A stretch of DNA of 64,000 nucleotides, taken from NCBI GenBank assembly GCA_034780895.1, contig JAUZTB010000027.1, positions 39,428,113 through 39,492,112 on the forward strand. The letters are read 5' to 3'. Below, one piece after another: positions 12,671 through 26,546 of this stretch. A program made the position numbers and the translations under genes. Every line of letters begins with the position of its first letter. Positions within the stretch are counted from its first letter, which is position 1. The notes below the pieces were generated by a model. The model was not told the DNA's origin, did no database searches, and saw nothing but the letters and a program-made list of their open reading frames with translations. The stretch comes from Rhynchobatus australiae. Taxonomy: Eukaryota.

Positions 12671-12904
12671 GTTCTTCTTTTCACACCTATCCACTAGAGT
12701 CATAGACCCCTTCATTCGAGTCACAATGCCATTTTGTCACTCTATGAGTTGTTACAGAAAGGTTAGCAGTCAGAAAGACTCTGGGGGGCCATGATGTGGA
12801 TGTTCCTGCTGTGGACCTTGCCCAGGTGTCTGTCAGGGACAGACGGCACCACAGTGATGTCTTTACCACTGGAGGGCACTGCACGACAGCGGAAACCAAT
12901 GGAG

Positions 12905-13030
12905 TAAACACAAGCTGGAGATCTCAGCAAGTTGGCCAGCACCTGTGGTCATGGTGGACAGCCCGGATTACTGCATATTTCCAGCATTTTCCGTGTTTGT
13001 TTCAGATTTCCAGCATTTTCAGTTTTTAGT
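12905..13030. mobile_element. Old PLE-derived inverted fragment
   Basis: gctggagatctcagcaag...cagcacctgtgg in minus orientation, followed by plus-orientation tttccagcattttcc...tttcagatttccagca. Confidence 0.55.
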
Positions 13031-14739
13031 TTTGTTTTATTGTCTCGAAGTTGATCCCCAATCGACAGCACTAAACACATCACGTAGCAGCAATAGTAGA
13101 CAACCTATACCTTCAAAAGTCATTCATTGTCCTCAGCTGAACTTAGTTTCACGTGGCTACTGACCTAACACGCGCTTCTAGGTACATTTCTCTACTTTTA
13201 TGATTTGCATTTATAAAACACCCATTGTCTTAACCAATTTGGAACATGCAGCTCAGTGAATAACAACTTAATATGTTTTAGAAATTAAGTACTGCCTTTT
13301 GCAAAAGATCAGTTGGCATTCTGGATGAATGAGCCAAGATGAAATAATCTTTGTGCCACACATGTCAATGTGCCAGATTGGGATGCATTTCCACGATTTG
13401 CTCAGTTTCTAGGGATCAGGATGTTAGTAGTGCTCAGTCCAGAAAATCTTCCACTCCAAGCTCTCTAATTTGCAGCACTTCATTTTGTTACTGTTCAAAG
13501 CACCCAACTCCATTTCATTTAGATTGGTATCATTACCAAAACAAAGCTCAATATCAGCAAGGGTGAATTGAGAGAGGAAGAGGAATACTGGCTGAACATT
13601 AAAGTAGGGAAACAAAATGCTAATTTGGGAAACTACTGTCTGTCCTAAACTCCTATTCATATTCTTGTTCTACCTTAACAAGCTTTTATTTTTACTTTGA
13701 GGAAGGTTTTTAGCATTAGCTTAGCGATGTGCTGTCAGTCAATACACTGAAGTGAAGTCTAGCTCCCAATAGCTGCTGCCTATCCAGTTGAACATTTCTG
13801 TCCTTTTGCTGTCTGTCTTGCAACAGGTTTGTGAGTAAAAATGTAATAAAAACTCTGACAACAATGTGCATGTCCACAAAGGACAGTCAAATTGCTCAAG
13901 TTAAATGCTGCCAATGTAAAAAGTCTGAGCCAGTGACATAGAAAAAAAGTGTTAGAAAAGATGGACAAGCTATGGAAAAAGTATTTGTTTCCCCAGTGAC
14001 AGAGCTGTAAATAACATGCATGAAATCATTCTGCGCATGTTCCCTATCTGCTTAGCTTGACTCTTGCACAGCACCATAATAAACATGACCAAATTAGAGA
14101 CCAAGTATTTGAGAGTATGTTTGATGCTACGAGTACCTGAAGCCCATGGTGGTTTCATAAATAACCAAGTAATGCAAGACCTTTGGATAAAGTGTGCTCC
14201 TCCCAACATAGATGCAAAGAACACAAAGTCATTTTGATTTATTTTTCTTTTGAGGTCTGTAGTAGAGCAAGGTATTTTAAATATTGCTTCAAACATGGTA
14301 TGTTATACTGAATTGTCATATTGAAGTGTAAAACAATATGGAAAGGCAACTTAAGATGAATCAGTAGCAAATTATTTAACATTTCTTACAACTAATATGG
14401 CTTCGCACCATTTGTCAGACAAATAAAGAGCAGCCGGGTGCTTTTGTACTCAGTTAAAACATGCTGTTGTATTTTAATTTCCATGTCAACTCAGACCAAC
14501 CATACAGTTGGCTGCACTATGATATTCACAGCCAAAATTAACACAAGCTGTACTTATTTGTGGCATGAATGTTCAAGTAAATACAGTACAAGTATTAAAC
14601 AATGCCATGACAACACAAGTAGACTGAAGTTTCTATACTCAGACTGAATATTACATTTAACTTGTATCACTGTCTCCAATAATTTTGTACTTTACTCTCT
14701 TTCCCAAGTTGGAAGTCAAAGGACTTTCCATACTATTTT

Positions 14740-15160
14740 TGTAAGGCATGAGAAGGGATTGGGTTAATTAGACTTGTATCCACAGTTTAGAATGAGAGGG
14801 GATATCCTAGACCCCTACAATTTTTTTTTTGAAACAGGACTAGACAGATTAGATGCAGGAAGGATATCCCTGGTAGCAGGGAGTCCAGGATCAGCATTCA
14901 CAGTGTAAGGTTAAGGGGTAAGCCCTTAAGGCCTGAGGTGAGAATTTCTTCTCCCAGAGTGATAAACCTGTGGAATTCTTTACCACAGAAAGCATTTGTA
15001 GCCAAAGCATTAAATGTATTCAAAAAGGAATCAGATAAGATTCTTATGCCCACAGGAATCAAGGGGCATGAGGAGAAAGCAAGAACTGTGTACTGAGATG
15101 CAATAATTCGCCATTATATTGAAGGACTGACTGGCATTCCCCTGCTCTTATTTTCTATGT
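14740..15160 (+). mobile_element. CR1 LINE 3' end
   Basis: tttagaatgagaggggatatc...gacagattagatgcaggaagg...gaatttcttctcccagagtg...ctgtggaattctttaccacagaaagc, the typical CR1 ORF2 C-terminus and 3' UTR. Confidence 0.75.
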
Positions 15161-15939
15161 TTCTAAAAGTACTCCAGCTGATCACCAGCTTTGTTTCTTT
15201 CCTTACTNNNNNNNNNNNNNNNNNNNNNNNNNNNNNNNNNNNNNNNNNNNNNNNNNNNNNNNNNNNNNNNNNNNNNNNNNNNNNNNNNNNNNNNNNNNNN
15301 NNNNNNNNNNNNNNNNNNNNNNNNNNNNNNNNNNNNNNNNNNNNNNNNNNNNNNNNNNNNNNNNNNNNNNNNNNNNNNNNNNNNNNNNNNNNNNNNNNNN
15401 NNNNNNNNNNNNNNNNNNNNNNNNNNNNNNNNNNNNNNNNNNNNNNNNNNNNNNNNNGCAAACAACTCTTAATCAACTTTCAACAATTCATAAGTTGAAA
15501 CAAATCTACCAACAAAAGATTATTAAATGGGTCCTGTTTCTATTTTTACCTAGTCTATTTGATAAGCTATTGGAACCATTACTAAAGAAAAATAATTCTC
15601 AGAAATTTATTATTCTCTTTGTAGCATTTGCAGCTCCAGGAACAATAAAAATGCTGCTTTTAATTGCAATACACCCAGTCTAAGAAAAAGGGTAGTATAC
15701 CAGAAAAAAATCAACTAATATTGTCAAACTTTATGACCATGCAACAACGCTGTTTGCTGGAAAACAAAGCCATTAAGTTTCTTCCCTTCATCTTCCATGG
15801 GGAAAGCTTCAGGCAATATCAGCCAGCTGAGCTCATTCCTGAAAGATGACATCTGACCAATAACCTGTTAGAGGCTTTAACACTAAATCTCGGCTTACAT
15901 TCCACTATACTCATTCCACCTTTGGGATGTACCATCTCT

Positions 15940-16150
15940 CACGTAAGATTTGACGAAAGCTCTGTACATGTCCTCTCAGGTGAATGCAAAAGGTCCTGTG
16001 GTACTATCTTGAAGCTGCACAAGGGAACTGTCCCATATTCTGGCTAATTTTTAATAAATACTGAAAAAAAAGCTTCTGTTCGTTCTCCCGATATTGTTTG
16101 TGGGCCGTAGATATGTGCATCTGATTTGCTGCATTCCCTAAAATACAAAG
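15940..16150 (+). mobile_element. Deu-domain SINE (SacSINE1/AmnSINE-like) fragment
   Basis: cctctcaggtgaatgcaaaaggtcctgtggtactatcttgaag...ttgtttgtggg...gtgca matches the Deu-domain pattern. Related copies at 20220, 47770, 55580 and 62740. Confidence 0.6.
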
Positions 16151-17128
16151 TCATGCCTGTTTATCTTCTTGGTCTGCAAAACTTGCAATCAGATTTGCTA
16201 AAAGGGAAATATTCAAACCACTTAGCACAGCAATTTGAAAAAAAACAGAGCAAATATTTTGCCACCGGCACACTTCACGGAGTTACTCTTTAGAGTACCG
16301 AATGTCTTTTGAAACTAGCACCTTCGTTAATTCCAAAAAATGATTTCTGGCTTTAATATAACTACAGTTTAATGCACAAGAATGTAAAGAGCTTTGAGGT
16401 GTCCCAACTTTAGCAAAGGCTCTGCTTACGTACAAGTCTTTTGGCCTACTTGCTGTTGAAGCTTGCCCTAGCAACCAGTATCCTTACAAGCAGAGAGGCA
16501 GCAGTAAGAGAAACTTGAAAAGGGAGGGGATACTATGCAGATTAACTGTGTTCTCTGACTGTCATACAAGCTGAAATAATTCAGGGGAATGAGTTTCCTC
16601 CGTGGCAACTAATACATGGAACGAGGAAGCAAGACCCCAGCTGAGTTTTCTAGATAAAGGCAGGCAGAAACAAGCAAGACAAAAAGAAAATCTAATCTGG
16701 CCAAATGGAAAAACGCCACCAATCTGTATAAACTGCAATATATATAACAAGCCAAGATAATAAATTAATGCACGAGCATAGCTCTCAAAAGTGGTGCTAC
16801 CCTTGTTCTTGGCATTGCAGCAAAGATATCTGAAGCAAAATGATGCCAGTTTATTATAACATACAACCATATTAGAACCAGCTGCTGAATATGTCATCAA
16901 TCCAAAATAATTTATTTGAACAGTTACTTTTTTCAGACCATCCTTACAATCGACAATATTCTTACAGCTACATACTATTCAACTGTTTGCTAGTTTTCCC
17001 TTCAGGAGACAAAAAAAAGTCTAATTCGTAACATTTTGATTTACATGCATAGAAGAAACACATCATGTAGCCAAAGCTCATTTCTCTTAGGAGTTCCAAC
17101 ACCTGCAAAAGTAGAATATTGCACTTAC

Positions 17129-17193
17129 CTATAATGGCGTGAACTCGTATAGACAGCTGTGTCCGGAGGATTAGGGTGGGACGTCTCCCTTTG
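17129..17193 (-). CDS. FHOD1: FHOD-family formin, coding exon 3 (65 nt)
   Basis: Acceptor atttctttttcactcag|C and donor G|gtaagt. Phase 2 in, phase 1 out. Translates (G)KGRRPTLILRTQLSIRVHAII, closer to FHOD1 KGRKPTLILRTQLSVRV than to FHOD3 RGKKHSIILRTQLSVRV. No exon 4 (EKLY...LRRxLFSLKQIFQ) was seen in 1-17128, so the gene continues left of the window. Confidence 0.93.
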
Positions 17194-18269
17194 CTGAGTG
17201 AAAAAGAAATGATTCATTAGTCAAGTTGAACCCCAGTGCTCCCTGATGCTTCCTTTTGATGTATTGTGCTACCGTAAACTAGTCTACTTCTACTTCAATA
17301 CACATACAGCACCTTTAATGTAGTAAAAATGTCCCAAGTGTTTCACAGGATTATTAACAAACAAAAGGAAGCTTTTAACTGTTTTGCTGATCTTGCCATT
17401 TCAGCACACAAAATTTGAAGTGCTTCATTTGAAGTGCTGGGAGGTTACAAAGCATCACTATCAGATAGTGTGCTTAAAAAAATAGGTGGCGTGCCACAGC
17501 CTGGCAAAGACCAGGCAGAAAGAAGCCATTTGTTGCCTCGCCTTGGTGACACCCATCAAACACTGTAAAATGATCGCAAGGTTAGTTTGAAATAATTGTT
17601 TATTTCATAACTGCATTGTTTGCTCTTTTTAAAAACTGTTCAATGTAATTGGCTACTCTGTCTGCTTGATGACATCACTACTTCTGAGTGCTCTCAGTGC
17701 CCAAAATTCCATTGTCCCACCCCAGCAAGCCACATGCCTGCAGCACTGAGTTAGAGAAATTCCAGGAAAAAAATGTCAACTACGTTTATAACCTTGGTAT
17801 CAGAGAAAGTTATTGGCTTGTATTGTCACTTCACCATTGACTACAAAATACACACCAAGATAAACCTCTCACCTCTGAAGATCTGCATGTACTTTTTTTT
17901 TAAAGAAGGCTGAGGAGGGGAAAAAACAACCAGCAGTCAACTTTATGCATTTCCTCAAGGCTTCTCAGTCTGAATCCTAACAAAGATAAAATTCCTTCTA
18001 GTCATGCAAGAAGGTAATATAAAGCCACAGAGATCCAGTCTGCAGATAAACGAGTCAACATTCTGCTCTGGATGGAATCAATGGATAATCTGGCCTGGTT
18101 TTGTGCATTGTTTTAATTCTCCTAAATTTTACTAAAACATATTTGCATATCACCAAAGGTTAAAATCCACCATGAGCCAGTACAATTGAAAAACCTTTAC
18201 CATTACATTTTTTAATAAAGTATTTTAAAGATTATTTTTTGAATGAGTGCAAAAATGTTGTAGATTATT

Positions 18270-19530
18270 AAAGCAGTGGATTTATCACAAAAATAATAAA
18301 ATGTGGTTTAATGAAAGGGAAATTGTGTACGATAAAACAATTAAAGCTTTGTCGAGTGTACAGAGCAAACTATATAAAAGGAAAACTGACAGAAGGTAGC
18401 ATTTTTGATTTTTAGAAAGCATTTGAGAGCGTGCCATAGAGGAAATTATAATTTACGATTAAGGTTAATGGATTGTGGCTAATTCCAGGGATTAGAGATT
18501 GCTTAATGGACAGAATGATGGTAAGAAATGGACCATTTCAGAAGGTAGCGTGTCACAAGTAAAGTGATGTGNNNNNNNNNNNNNNNNNNNNNNNNNNNNN
18601 NNNNNNNNNNNNNNNNNNNNNNNNNNNNNNNNNNNNNNNNNNNNNNNNNNNNNNNNNNNNNNNNNNNNNNNNNNNNNNNNNNNNNNNNNNNNNNNNNNNN
18701 NNNNNNNNNNNNNNNNNNNNNNNNNNNNNNNNNNNNNNNNNNNNNNNNNNNNNNNNNNNNNNNNNNNNNNNNNNNNNNNNNNNNNNNNNNNNNNNNNNNN
18801 NNNNNNNNNNNNNNNNNNNNNNNNNNNNNNNNNNNNNNNNNNNNNNNNNNNNCAGGTCCTTCAAGGCTAGTGAAATCCAGAGAACCATCCCGTTGGATTT
18901 TGAAAGAGTTCTTTGCTCAAGATAGTGTTTCCAGCCCTGATTTAACTCCATTTGCTGTTGTGGAAATTTCCCTAGGAGTCCAGTAGCAGATCCAGAAAAA
19001 GGTCTTTCAAATCATTCACTATATTTGGGTGGGGGGGGGGGTTTAAGGAGTTAAAATAGAGGAGAGGGGGTTTGGAGAAGTGTGGGTTTTTACACAGCTT
19101 GCACAGCCTCTGTCACAGTATCTCAATGAATGGAAAGAACATCGATATTCAACAGCAACAGGAGCCAATGACACTCGGCACTAATGTCTTCAACCTTCAG
19201 TCCTGTGGCAATGCAGGGCAGTGAACTCAGCGAAGGCACCAAAAGGAGAAGTCATTGCTCCCAACCTGCAAACTCAAATCAGTGACTTAGATGAGAGGAC
19301 CAAGTGTACGGATACCTGAAGATGGCTGATGCCACAAAGTGAGGTGGTCTAATAAGCAATGGAGAAGATGTGAAGAGACTGCAGGGGATGTGGATAGGTT
19401 AAATAAGTGAGAACAAAAGGTGACAGATGTTGCATAATACAGGCATATGAAATTATTTTTTTACAAAAGCAGAAAAGTAGATTTTTTAATAATGCGAGAA
19501 ACTCATAAATACTATCAGTACTATTTATGA
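18270..19530 (+). mobile_element. Decayed CR1 RT fragments (18270-18570 and 19275-19530) separated by a gap and other sequence
   Basis: ggatttatcac...aaagggaaattgtg (QxGF..GKxC), gatttttagaaagcatttga (DFxKAF) and gacttagatgag...gctgatgccacaaag (DLDE...ADxTK). Confidence 0.6.
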
Positions 19531-19589
19531 ATTAAACACAAATCACAGGAAAAACAGCAAATAACGAGGAAGGGGAAAGTTATGATAAT

Positions 19590-19812
19590 GGTAAAGAGAG
19601 CAAGAGAGAAATTCGAGATGTGAGGGGGAAGTTTTTCCACACGGGCTGGTGGTTACCTGCAACAAGCAGATAGAGGATGTGGTAGAGGCAGCTACGATTA
19701 CACTTGGACGGGTATTTGGAAAGGCGTACAATTACATCTGGAATGTAGGCAAAACACTGTTGGCATGGACGAGGTGGGTTAAAGGGCCCATTTCTGTGTT
19801 CTACGACAGTAA
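19590..19812 (+). mobile_element. CR1 3' terminal fragment
   Basis: gatgtgagggggaagtttttccacac...gtggtagaggcagctacgatt...ggcatggacgaggtgggttaaagggcccatttctgtg. Confidence 0.7.
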
Positions 19813-20219
19813 ATTGAATAAAGGAATTCAATAGCTTTAAAAATAGTCAAAAGAACCTGTTCAATTTTTAGCCTCTGTGAAGTCCTGCAAACAAGTGCAA
19901 TTAGCAGAATCTTCCAGTGGTAATTAATTTGATCTGGGAGCGTGGCCAGTTGTGTGTGCAAGACTGGCTTCTACCTCAATGATTGTTAAACGAGTGCGAA
20001 GGGCTAGAGAAACTCATGGTGCACTGTACATAAATCATGCTTCAAATTCCAGGATCCTCTGCACTGCTTTCACTGACTTGGGGCTGGTTTTACTGATACA
20101 AGCAATATAAGTAAATGAAAGCTCCAGAATCCCATGTTCTGTGCTCCTACTGTGCAACTGGAAACCTCTCAGCAGCTGTGATCAATTTTCCAATTTACCA
20201 CAGCTGCAATGCAAAAAAA

Positions 20220-20365
20220 AACTTTACGATGCCATTTTGAAGAATAGCAAGAGACATATCCCGTGTCCGAGCCAATATTTACTGTAATCTCAAATTGGTC
20301 ATTATCACTTTGCAGTTTGTGTGATCTTACAGTGTGCAAATTGGTTGCATCATTCTTACACTGGC
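20220..20365 (+). mobile_element. Deu-domain SINE fragment
   Basis: ttttgaagaatagcaagag...gtgtccgagccaatattt...tggtcattatcactttgcagtttgtgtgatcttacagtgtgcaaattggttgc. Confidence 0.65.
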
Positions 20366-20894
20366 AAAATACCCACGAGAAACCAAAGGAAAATTTACTC
20401 CTGTAGCAATTTATCCTCAATATTATTCATCAATGTGACTAAAGTGCTGTGCTAAGCTCTTTGCTGAACTCAAATTTAGCTCCGCTGTTATACACCAAAA
20501 ATTTTCCCATAGGCACAATTAGTTTAAAAAAATAACAATTAGAAAATTGAAGTAACTTCTTACCAAATCATAATCTGTCTGCAATTTTTACTCTTAAACC
20601 AACACACGGTGAGAAAAAGTGCTCTGAATTATGGGCTGGAAAAAGATAGTCATCACTCTCCAATCAGTGATACCGTAATGGGCACAGCATGTTCAGTAAT
20701 AAAAGAACACAATTATCATTCGCCCGCAGAATTAGAATGTTCTGCATACTCCTTAATGTAGCTACATAGCTCCTTTATCACTGTGCCAAAATGTTCTGAA
20801 GCAAATAGTTGGCGATGATGAAGAAAATGGGAAGGGGAGGAAGGAGGAGAGAGAAGGGAGGGGGAGGGGGAGGAAAGAGTGAGAGAGAGGGGGA

Positions 20895-22845
20895 TCGAGC
20901 ATGAAAACAGGCCCTTCGGCCCAACTTGTCCATGCTGAACAAGATGTCTATCCAAGCTAGAGACCTTTGAACCTTTTCTATCCACATACCTGTCGAAAAA
21001 TCTTTGTAATCGCACCCACCTCTATAGCTTCTTCTGGCAGCTCATTCTGTATACCCACCACCCTCAGTGTGAAAAACGTTCCTCTCAGGTCCCTTTTAAA
21101 TCTTTCTCCTCTCACCTTAAATCTATAGGTCTTCTGCTTTTAGACCCCCCTACCCTGGGGAAAAGACCATTACCATCCACTTTATCTGCACCTCTCATGA
21201 TTTTGTACACCTCTATAAGGTCACCCCTCAGCCCCCAACACTCCAGGAAAAAAAGTCCCAGCCTATACAGTCTCTCCTTGTAATTCCAGCCCTCCAGTCC
21301 TGGTAACATATTTGTGAATCTTTTCTGCGCCCTTTCCAGCTTAATGACATCATTCCCATAGCTGGGTGACCAGAACTGCACATAATACTCTAAGTGCAGT
21401 CTCACTAATGTCTTGTACAGATGCAACACGACATCCCAACTCTGTATTCAATGCCCTGACCAATGAAGGCAAGCATGTCAAATGCCTTCTTACCAACCTG
21501 TCTACTTGTGTCACCACTTTCAGGGAATTGTATGCCTGTACCCCTACAACATTCTCTAGGATCTTACCACTTACTATGCAAGTCCTGCTCTGGTTCAACT
21601 TCCCAAAATGCAACACCTCACTCACACTTGTCAGAGTCAAATTCCATCTGCCATTCCTTGGCCCACCTTTCCCAGTTCATCTGGATCCTCTCATAATATT
21701 GGATAACCTTCACTGTCCACTACACCACCAATTTTAGTGTCATCCACAAACTTACATACTACGTTAACAACATTCCCATCCAAATGATCAATATAAATGG
21801 CAAATGACAGTGGAGCCAGCACAGATGCCAGTGCCACACTAATGGTCACAGACCTCGAGTCAGAACAAGAACCTTCCCCTTCCACCTTCTGATTCCTTCC
21901 ACCAAACCAATTTTGTATCCAACTGGATAGCTCACAATGGATTCCATGTGATCCAACCTTCCAGACTATCATGCAGAATCTTGTCCAAGGCTTTGCTAAA
22001 GTCCGTGTAGATAACGTCTACCGCCCTGCCATCAATCTTCTTCATTACCTCTTCAAAACACTCAATCAAATTCGCGAGGCATGATTTCCCATGCAGAAAG
22101 CCATGCCAATTATTCCTCATCAGTCCTTGCCTTTCCAAATGCAGGTAGATCCTGTCTCTCAGAATCACCTTCAGTAACTTTCCCACCACTGATGTTAGTT
22201 TCACCAGCATGTAATTCCCTGGCTTGTCCTTGAAGCCCTTCTTAAATAAAGACACAACATTAGCCATCCTCCAGTCTTCTGGTATCTTACCTATGGCTAA
22301 AGATGATGCAAATATCTCTGCCAGGGCCCCTGCAATTTTTCCCTAGCATCCCACAATGTTCGAGGATACTTTTAATCAGGCCCCGGGGATTTATCCACCT
22401 TAATATGCCTTAAGACCACCAGCACCTCCTCTGTTATAAGGTGGATATGTTCCAATACATCTCTATCCATTTCCCTTAATTCTTCAGCTTCCATGACCTT
22501 CTCCACAGGCGGCATGGTAGTGTAGCAGTTAGCATGACACTGTTATAGCGCCAGCGATCAGAGTTCAATTCCCGTCACTGTCTGTATGAGTTTGTACATT
22601 CTCCCCACATCTGTGTGGGTTTCCTCTGGGTGCTCCAGTTTCCTTCCACATTCCAAAGACGTACGGGTAAGTTAACATGGATTTAAATGCGCGGTGCGGA
22701 CTCATTGGGGTGGAAGGGCCTATTACTGTGCTGTAAATAATGTCTTAAGTTTATAAAAAATACAGACAAGAACTATTCAGTTAATACCTCACCCATTTCC
22801 TGTGGCTCCACACATAGACAACTACATTGATTCTTAGTTACCCTG
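20895..22845 (-). mobile_element. Best-preserved CR1 LINE, 5'-truncated ORF2 (RT and C-terminus) plus 3' UTR, frameshifted
   Basis: Consecutive minus-strand ORFs: ANVVSLFKKGFKDKPGNYMLVKLTSVVGKLL...HGFLHGKSCLANLIE...DVIYTDFSKALDK, LAPLSFAIYIDHLD...CKFVDDTKIGG and LYKTLVRLHLEYYVQFWSP...LRGDLIEVYKIM. Confidence 0.93.
22508..22745 (+). mobile_element. V-SINE-like SINE nested inside the CR1 relic
   Basis: ggcggcatggtagtgtagcagttagc, B-box gagttcaattcc and a V-domain. CR1 sequence breaks at ttctccaca (22507) and resumes at about 22758. Confidence 0.85.
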
Positions 22846-23214
22846 TCATGCATGTAAGTGCAAGAAGGAGCACGAGATCAAATATTCTTCATGATCAACA
22901 GCACACAAATGCCTTTAAAAATTTAGTCCCACTACCTCACTCTTTCTCCTTCAGCTGTTAGTGGTAGAATGGAGCTACATTTCCCAGTAAATCGTTCCCA
23001 GAATTGTTATAACAAGGTTTACATCCCTATCCCACCACCCGTTATGCAGCTGAGCAACAATTTCACAAGTGGATATTTTCTAGACACAATTTTGTTCGGC
23101 ATCAAGTAAGGAGGGAAACAGGAAATAAAGCAAGTTCCCAGCCGCTCAGTCAGCATCTGCAAAGATGGAGGCAGAACTCTTCTGTCATCACTTCAAGTCA
23201 TCACTTTGCAGCTC

Positions 23215-23345
23215 TGGGTTTAAATTTTAATAAAAGGTCATTGTCCCGCGACATTAAATCGGTTTCTCTCTCCGCAGATGCTGCCTGACCGACTGGCTAT
23301 TTCCAGCATTTTCGGTTTTGGTCCCCAGACTTCTGGCACTGCGCG
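23215..23345 (+). mobile_element. PLE terminal-repeat fragment
   Basis: ggtttctctctccgcagatgctgcctgaccgactggctatttccagcattttc, preceded by an inverted cagtcagcatctgcaaag segment at about 23147-23165. Confidence 0.6.
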
Positions 23346-23369
23346 ATTGTATTTTTGAGGGAGGAGAAA

Positions 23370-23600
23370 TTGAAATCAGCCATGGCTTTCATTCCTGATC
23401 ATCAAATTGATTATCTTCTGCTGAGAAATATTATGCCTGGCCTTTGAAGAAAGAAGAACTTTGCAAGGTTTTAGAGATGGTGTTGCATCAGACCTCATGT
23501 TCACCAGCTCAGCGCAGACATAAAGAGCAGCTGGCTGGAGACGTGACTCGAAGGCTGGTACAGCCCTGGGAACTGAACTCAGTAGAGGCTAGGTAGAGAA
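23370..23600 (+). repeat. Ancient SINE-like dispersed repeat, family not named
   Basis: aaatcagccatggctttcattcctgatc...ctgctgagaa has loosely similar copies at about 36160-36300, 49060-49220 and 61410-61510. Confidence 0.4.
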
Positions 23601-26546
23601 AGAAAATTTCCAAAGTGTCGCTTTGTGAAATTGCAGGCACCCCAATCAGCCTCTTGAGGATAATGGCTTACTCTGAATTAAATCCTTGCTGTTGTATTTT
23701 TTTAGAATTATAACCCAGGCTGAGTTTCAGTACTGTGACAGATTGCACGTAGTAAAGAGTAATGTCCGTATGACTGGCTGATGCAACTTTGAGCAAGCCA
23801 CACAACGTGTCCCTGACTTCCATATCAAACCCTAAAAAAATGCTTAAGCTGCATCACTTCTGGCAGCATGTGGTACTTTATGTCCTTGGTCTGTGTGTGG
23901 TGGCATTTCATAGCTTTTCAGTTATCATACTATAATTACATTGACACATGTAACCAAACTATTTCACTTCAAAAACATTTCACTGTCCCTTTCCAAATTT
24001 GGCCACAAGCTTAAATAAATACCATTGGAAATTCAAATAAAAAATAATCTACTTCACTTTCCATTTGATTTTGCTCAAGGCAGGGTCTCCTTGACAATTT
24101 GATCTGTGAAGGATGAAAATCATGGCCTTAACTCACATTCTACACACAATCCCCCTCCTGCCCATCCCACTTTTGGATTGCCATTATTGTGCAACTATGC
24201 TGAACTTTTGACTGATGTAATACTGAATTTAGAGGCTTTCTTTCACTTCATCCTTGTAATCAATCCTGAAAGTTTACATGCAATGCAAACTAATCAGAAG
24301 TTGCAAGTTACAACAGTGAATGAACTACTTTAATAACACTAGAAAGTAGGAAAAAGAGATACAAGTGTAATCCCAATTTATTACACATATTGCCAATTGC
24401 TAAATTTGCCATATCCATTAATTTACTCTGCTTCCCCATTAAATACCCACACAATAGCCAGCAGAACTTAGTTATACTGGAAGTTTGGCACTGCAAAGCT
24501 CAACTCGTGGCAACTCGGTTTACAACTATGTTTAACATTCCTCCAGAGACAAAAATGATGTTTTTCATTAACATTTGAAAGATTAAACATTAAGTCAAGA
24601 AGTTCCAGATGATTTTAATTATTTTAATTCACTTTGTACCAGTTGTGGTTGTTCTCCAAAGGACATGAAGCGAAAGAGGTGCCAGACAACATCCCCAAAG
24701 AGCACATCAGAATTGTGCCACGTCACAATCCAATCATGGGGAATGAGTAGAGGTACGCAATGTCTGTAAAGTCAAGACAGGGCTGGGAGATGTTTTGCAG
24801 AAGAACTAGCTGAGGTCTTAACAGATAGAGTGTAGTGCATTTTAAACATTGGGACCTAGCATATTTCTAGTGCAGTTTATTTTAATGCAACTCTGGTAAC
24901 CTTGTTGCCAGCGTTATAATTGTCACGTCTAATGTAAAGTTGTCCCTTGCCAAATAAATTATCCATTTGTCAAGTGTTGTTATTATACTATGTTAGTACA
25001 TTTCATCCTTGAGGATACAGTATGCATTTCCGCTCTAAGACTGGTGATAATCAGTATCTTGTGTGTAGAAATAAGCAGCTAATATTCAATTTATCACACA
25101 TATCAATGTCTTTCTGGTTGCAGTTTACACTGGCAACAAGGACGAGTTAACTGGAAGTCCAGTCACTGCCATTTTGGGAATATACATTTGCTGTTGATTT
25201 TTGATGGAGTGGAAAGGATTCTGTGCATGCAGTGTCCAATGGAGTCAGCCTGTCGGTTAATTCTGTAGCTACTAATATGACAGTGAATTCTAACTAATTT
25301 AATTAATGCAAGACAACCAATGTCCTATGTATGGGTTTAAGTAAACAGTAATGTTCAATATTTTTCATGCACTAACGCCTCATTTGCACGTTGCTAAAAA
25401 GCCAATGACCTTACACTATTTACAATGTGCATTCCACTGGGGCAAGTGAATTGACCGATTTGAAGGGACAATGACAAAATATGGAGTTAAAGATGATGTT
25501 TAAAAAACTCCTGTAACACTTATGATTGCTGACAACATAGAAATAAAAGCTGTGGTAACTGCATATCACCCTGCAGCAGAATGCAGTCTCCAAGAGCATT
25601 ACATGTGTCGCACAAGGCAGGAAGCAAACAAAACAATTGATCAATTTTGCATCCATCAGAGACAATAGTGCAAAATCTGAATCACCTAATGTTGAGCAGA
25701 GCTGAAACACAGGTTATTGAAGGATACACATCAAAGCAACTTCAACCAAAAGTCCTTGAAAAGAATATCAAACTGTTCAGCTGCACTTTCAGAACAGAGA
25801 GCAGTTGACGTGGAAAAACGAGAGAGTAACGTTGTGAACAGGATCAAAAGAGATAATAAACACCAGGCCAAATCCATTTCCTTGGAAGTGACCACAGAGA
25901 ACAATCAACATCACTGAAGTGGGCAGAGCTCAAATTTGTGCCACCACTGTTGTGACAGCTATCACACAAAACAAAGTGTCAACCACTTCACATGAGTTTA
26001 TGTGACTGCTGAAGCCAGGCAGAAGTCAGCAAAATTCTGATGATCCCGAGTACACATTTGTTACATGCTGCACTTCTCAGAGCACTCAACCATGGGTAGC
26101 AGTGGACAGCTGCAACCCATGAATTAATACACTCGGTGGAAAAGCCACATCTGTCAACAGGATGAGCAAACACACCTTGCAATGACTTTCACTGTCACCC
26201 TAATCTAACTTGGCAAGGAAATGGTAGGATATTTCCTTTTGATAATGCTTCGCTGTTGACCAATGCAGAAATATTATCAAGCAAATGACTTTCACTTCCA
26301 AGTAAGACATTCTGTGTGATCTCAATTGACTGCAACACTATTAGCTTTTCACACTGCAACTCCTTGGACTGATCCTTCTGGTCACAAAGAGGTTAAAACA
26401 CAGTATATCGGTTAAGCTAATGTGAACAAAATGCCCAAAATGGTGACGCTCAGAAAAACTGAAGCAGCAACAAAGCAAAATGTTGTTCTGCCTCTAAATT
26501 AACAACAATTCCATATACATGAACTCTACAAGATTTGTACAAAGTT

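Noticed and set aside
17044-17049. Single TGCATG (RBFOX motif) on the minus strand 80 nt downstream of exon 3
   Set aside because: One hexamer is expected by chance, and exon 3 (65 nt) is not frame-symmetric, so regulated skipping is unlikely.
15114-18986. ORFs made mostly of X residues
   Set aside because: They span N-gaps and are not evidence of coding sequence.
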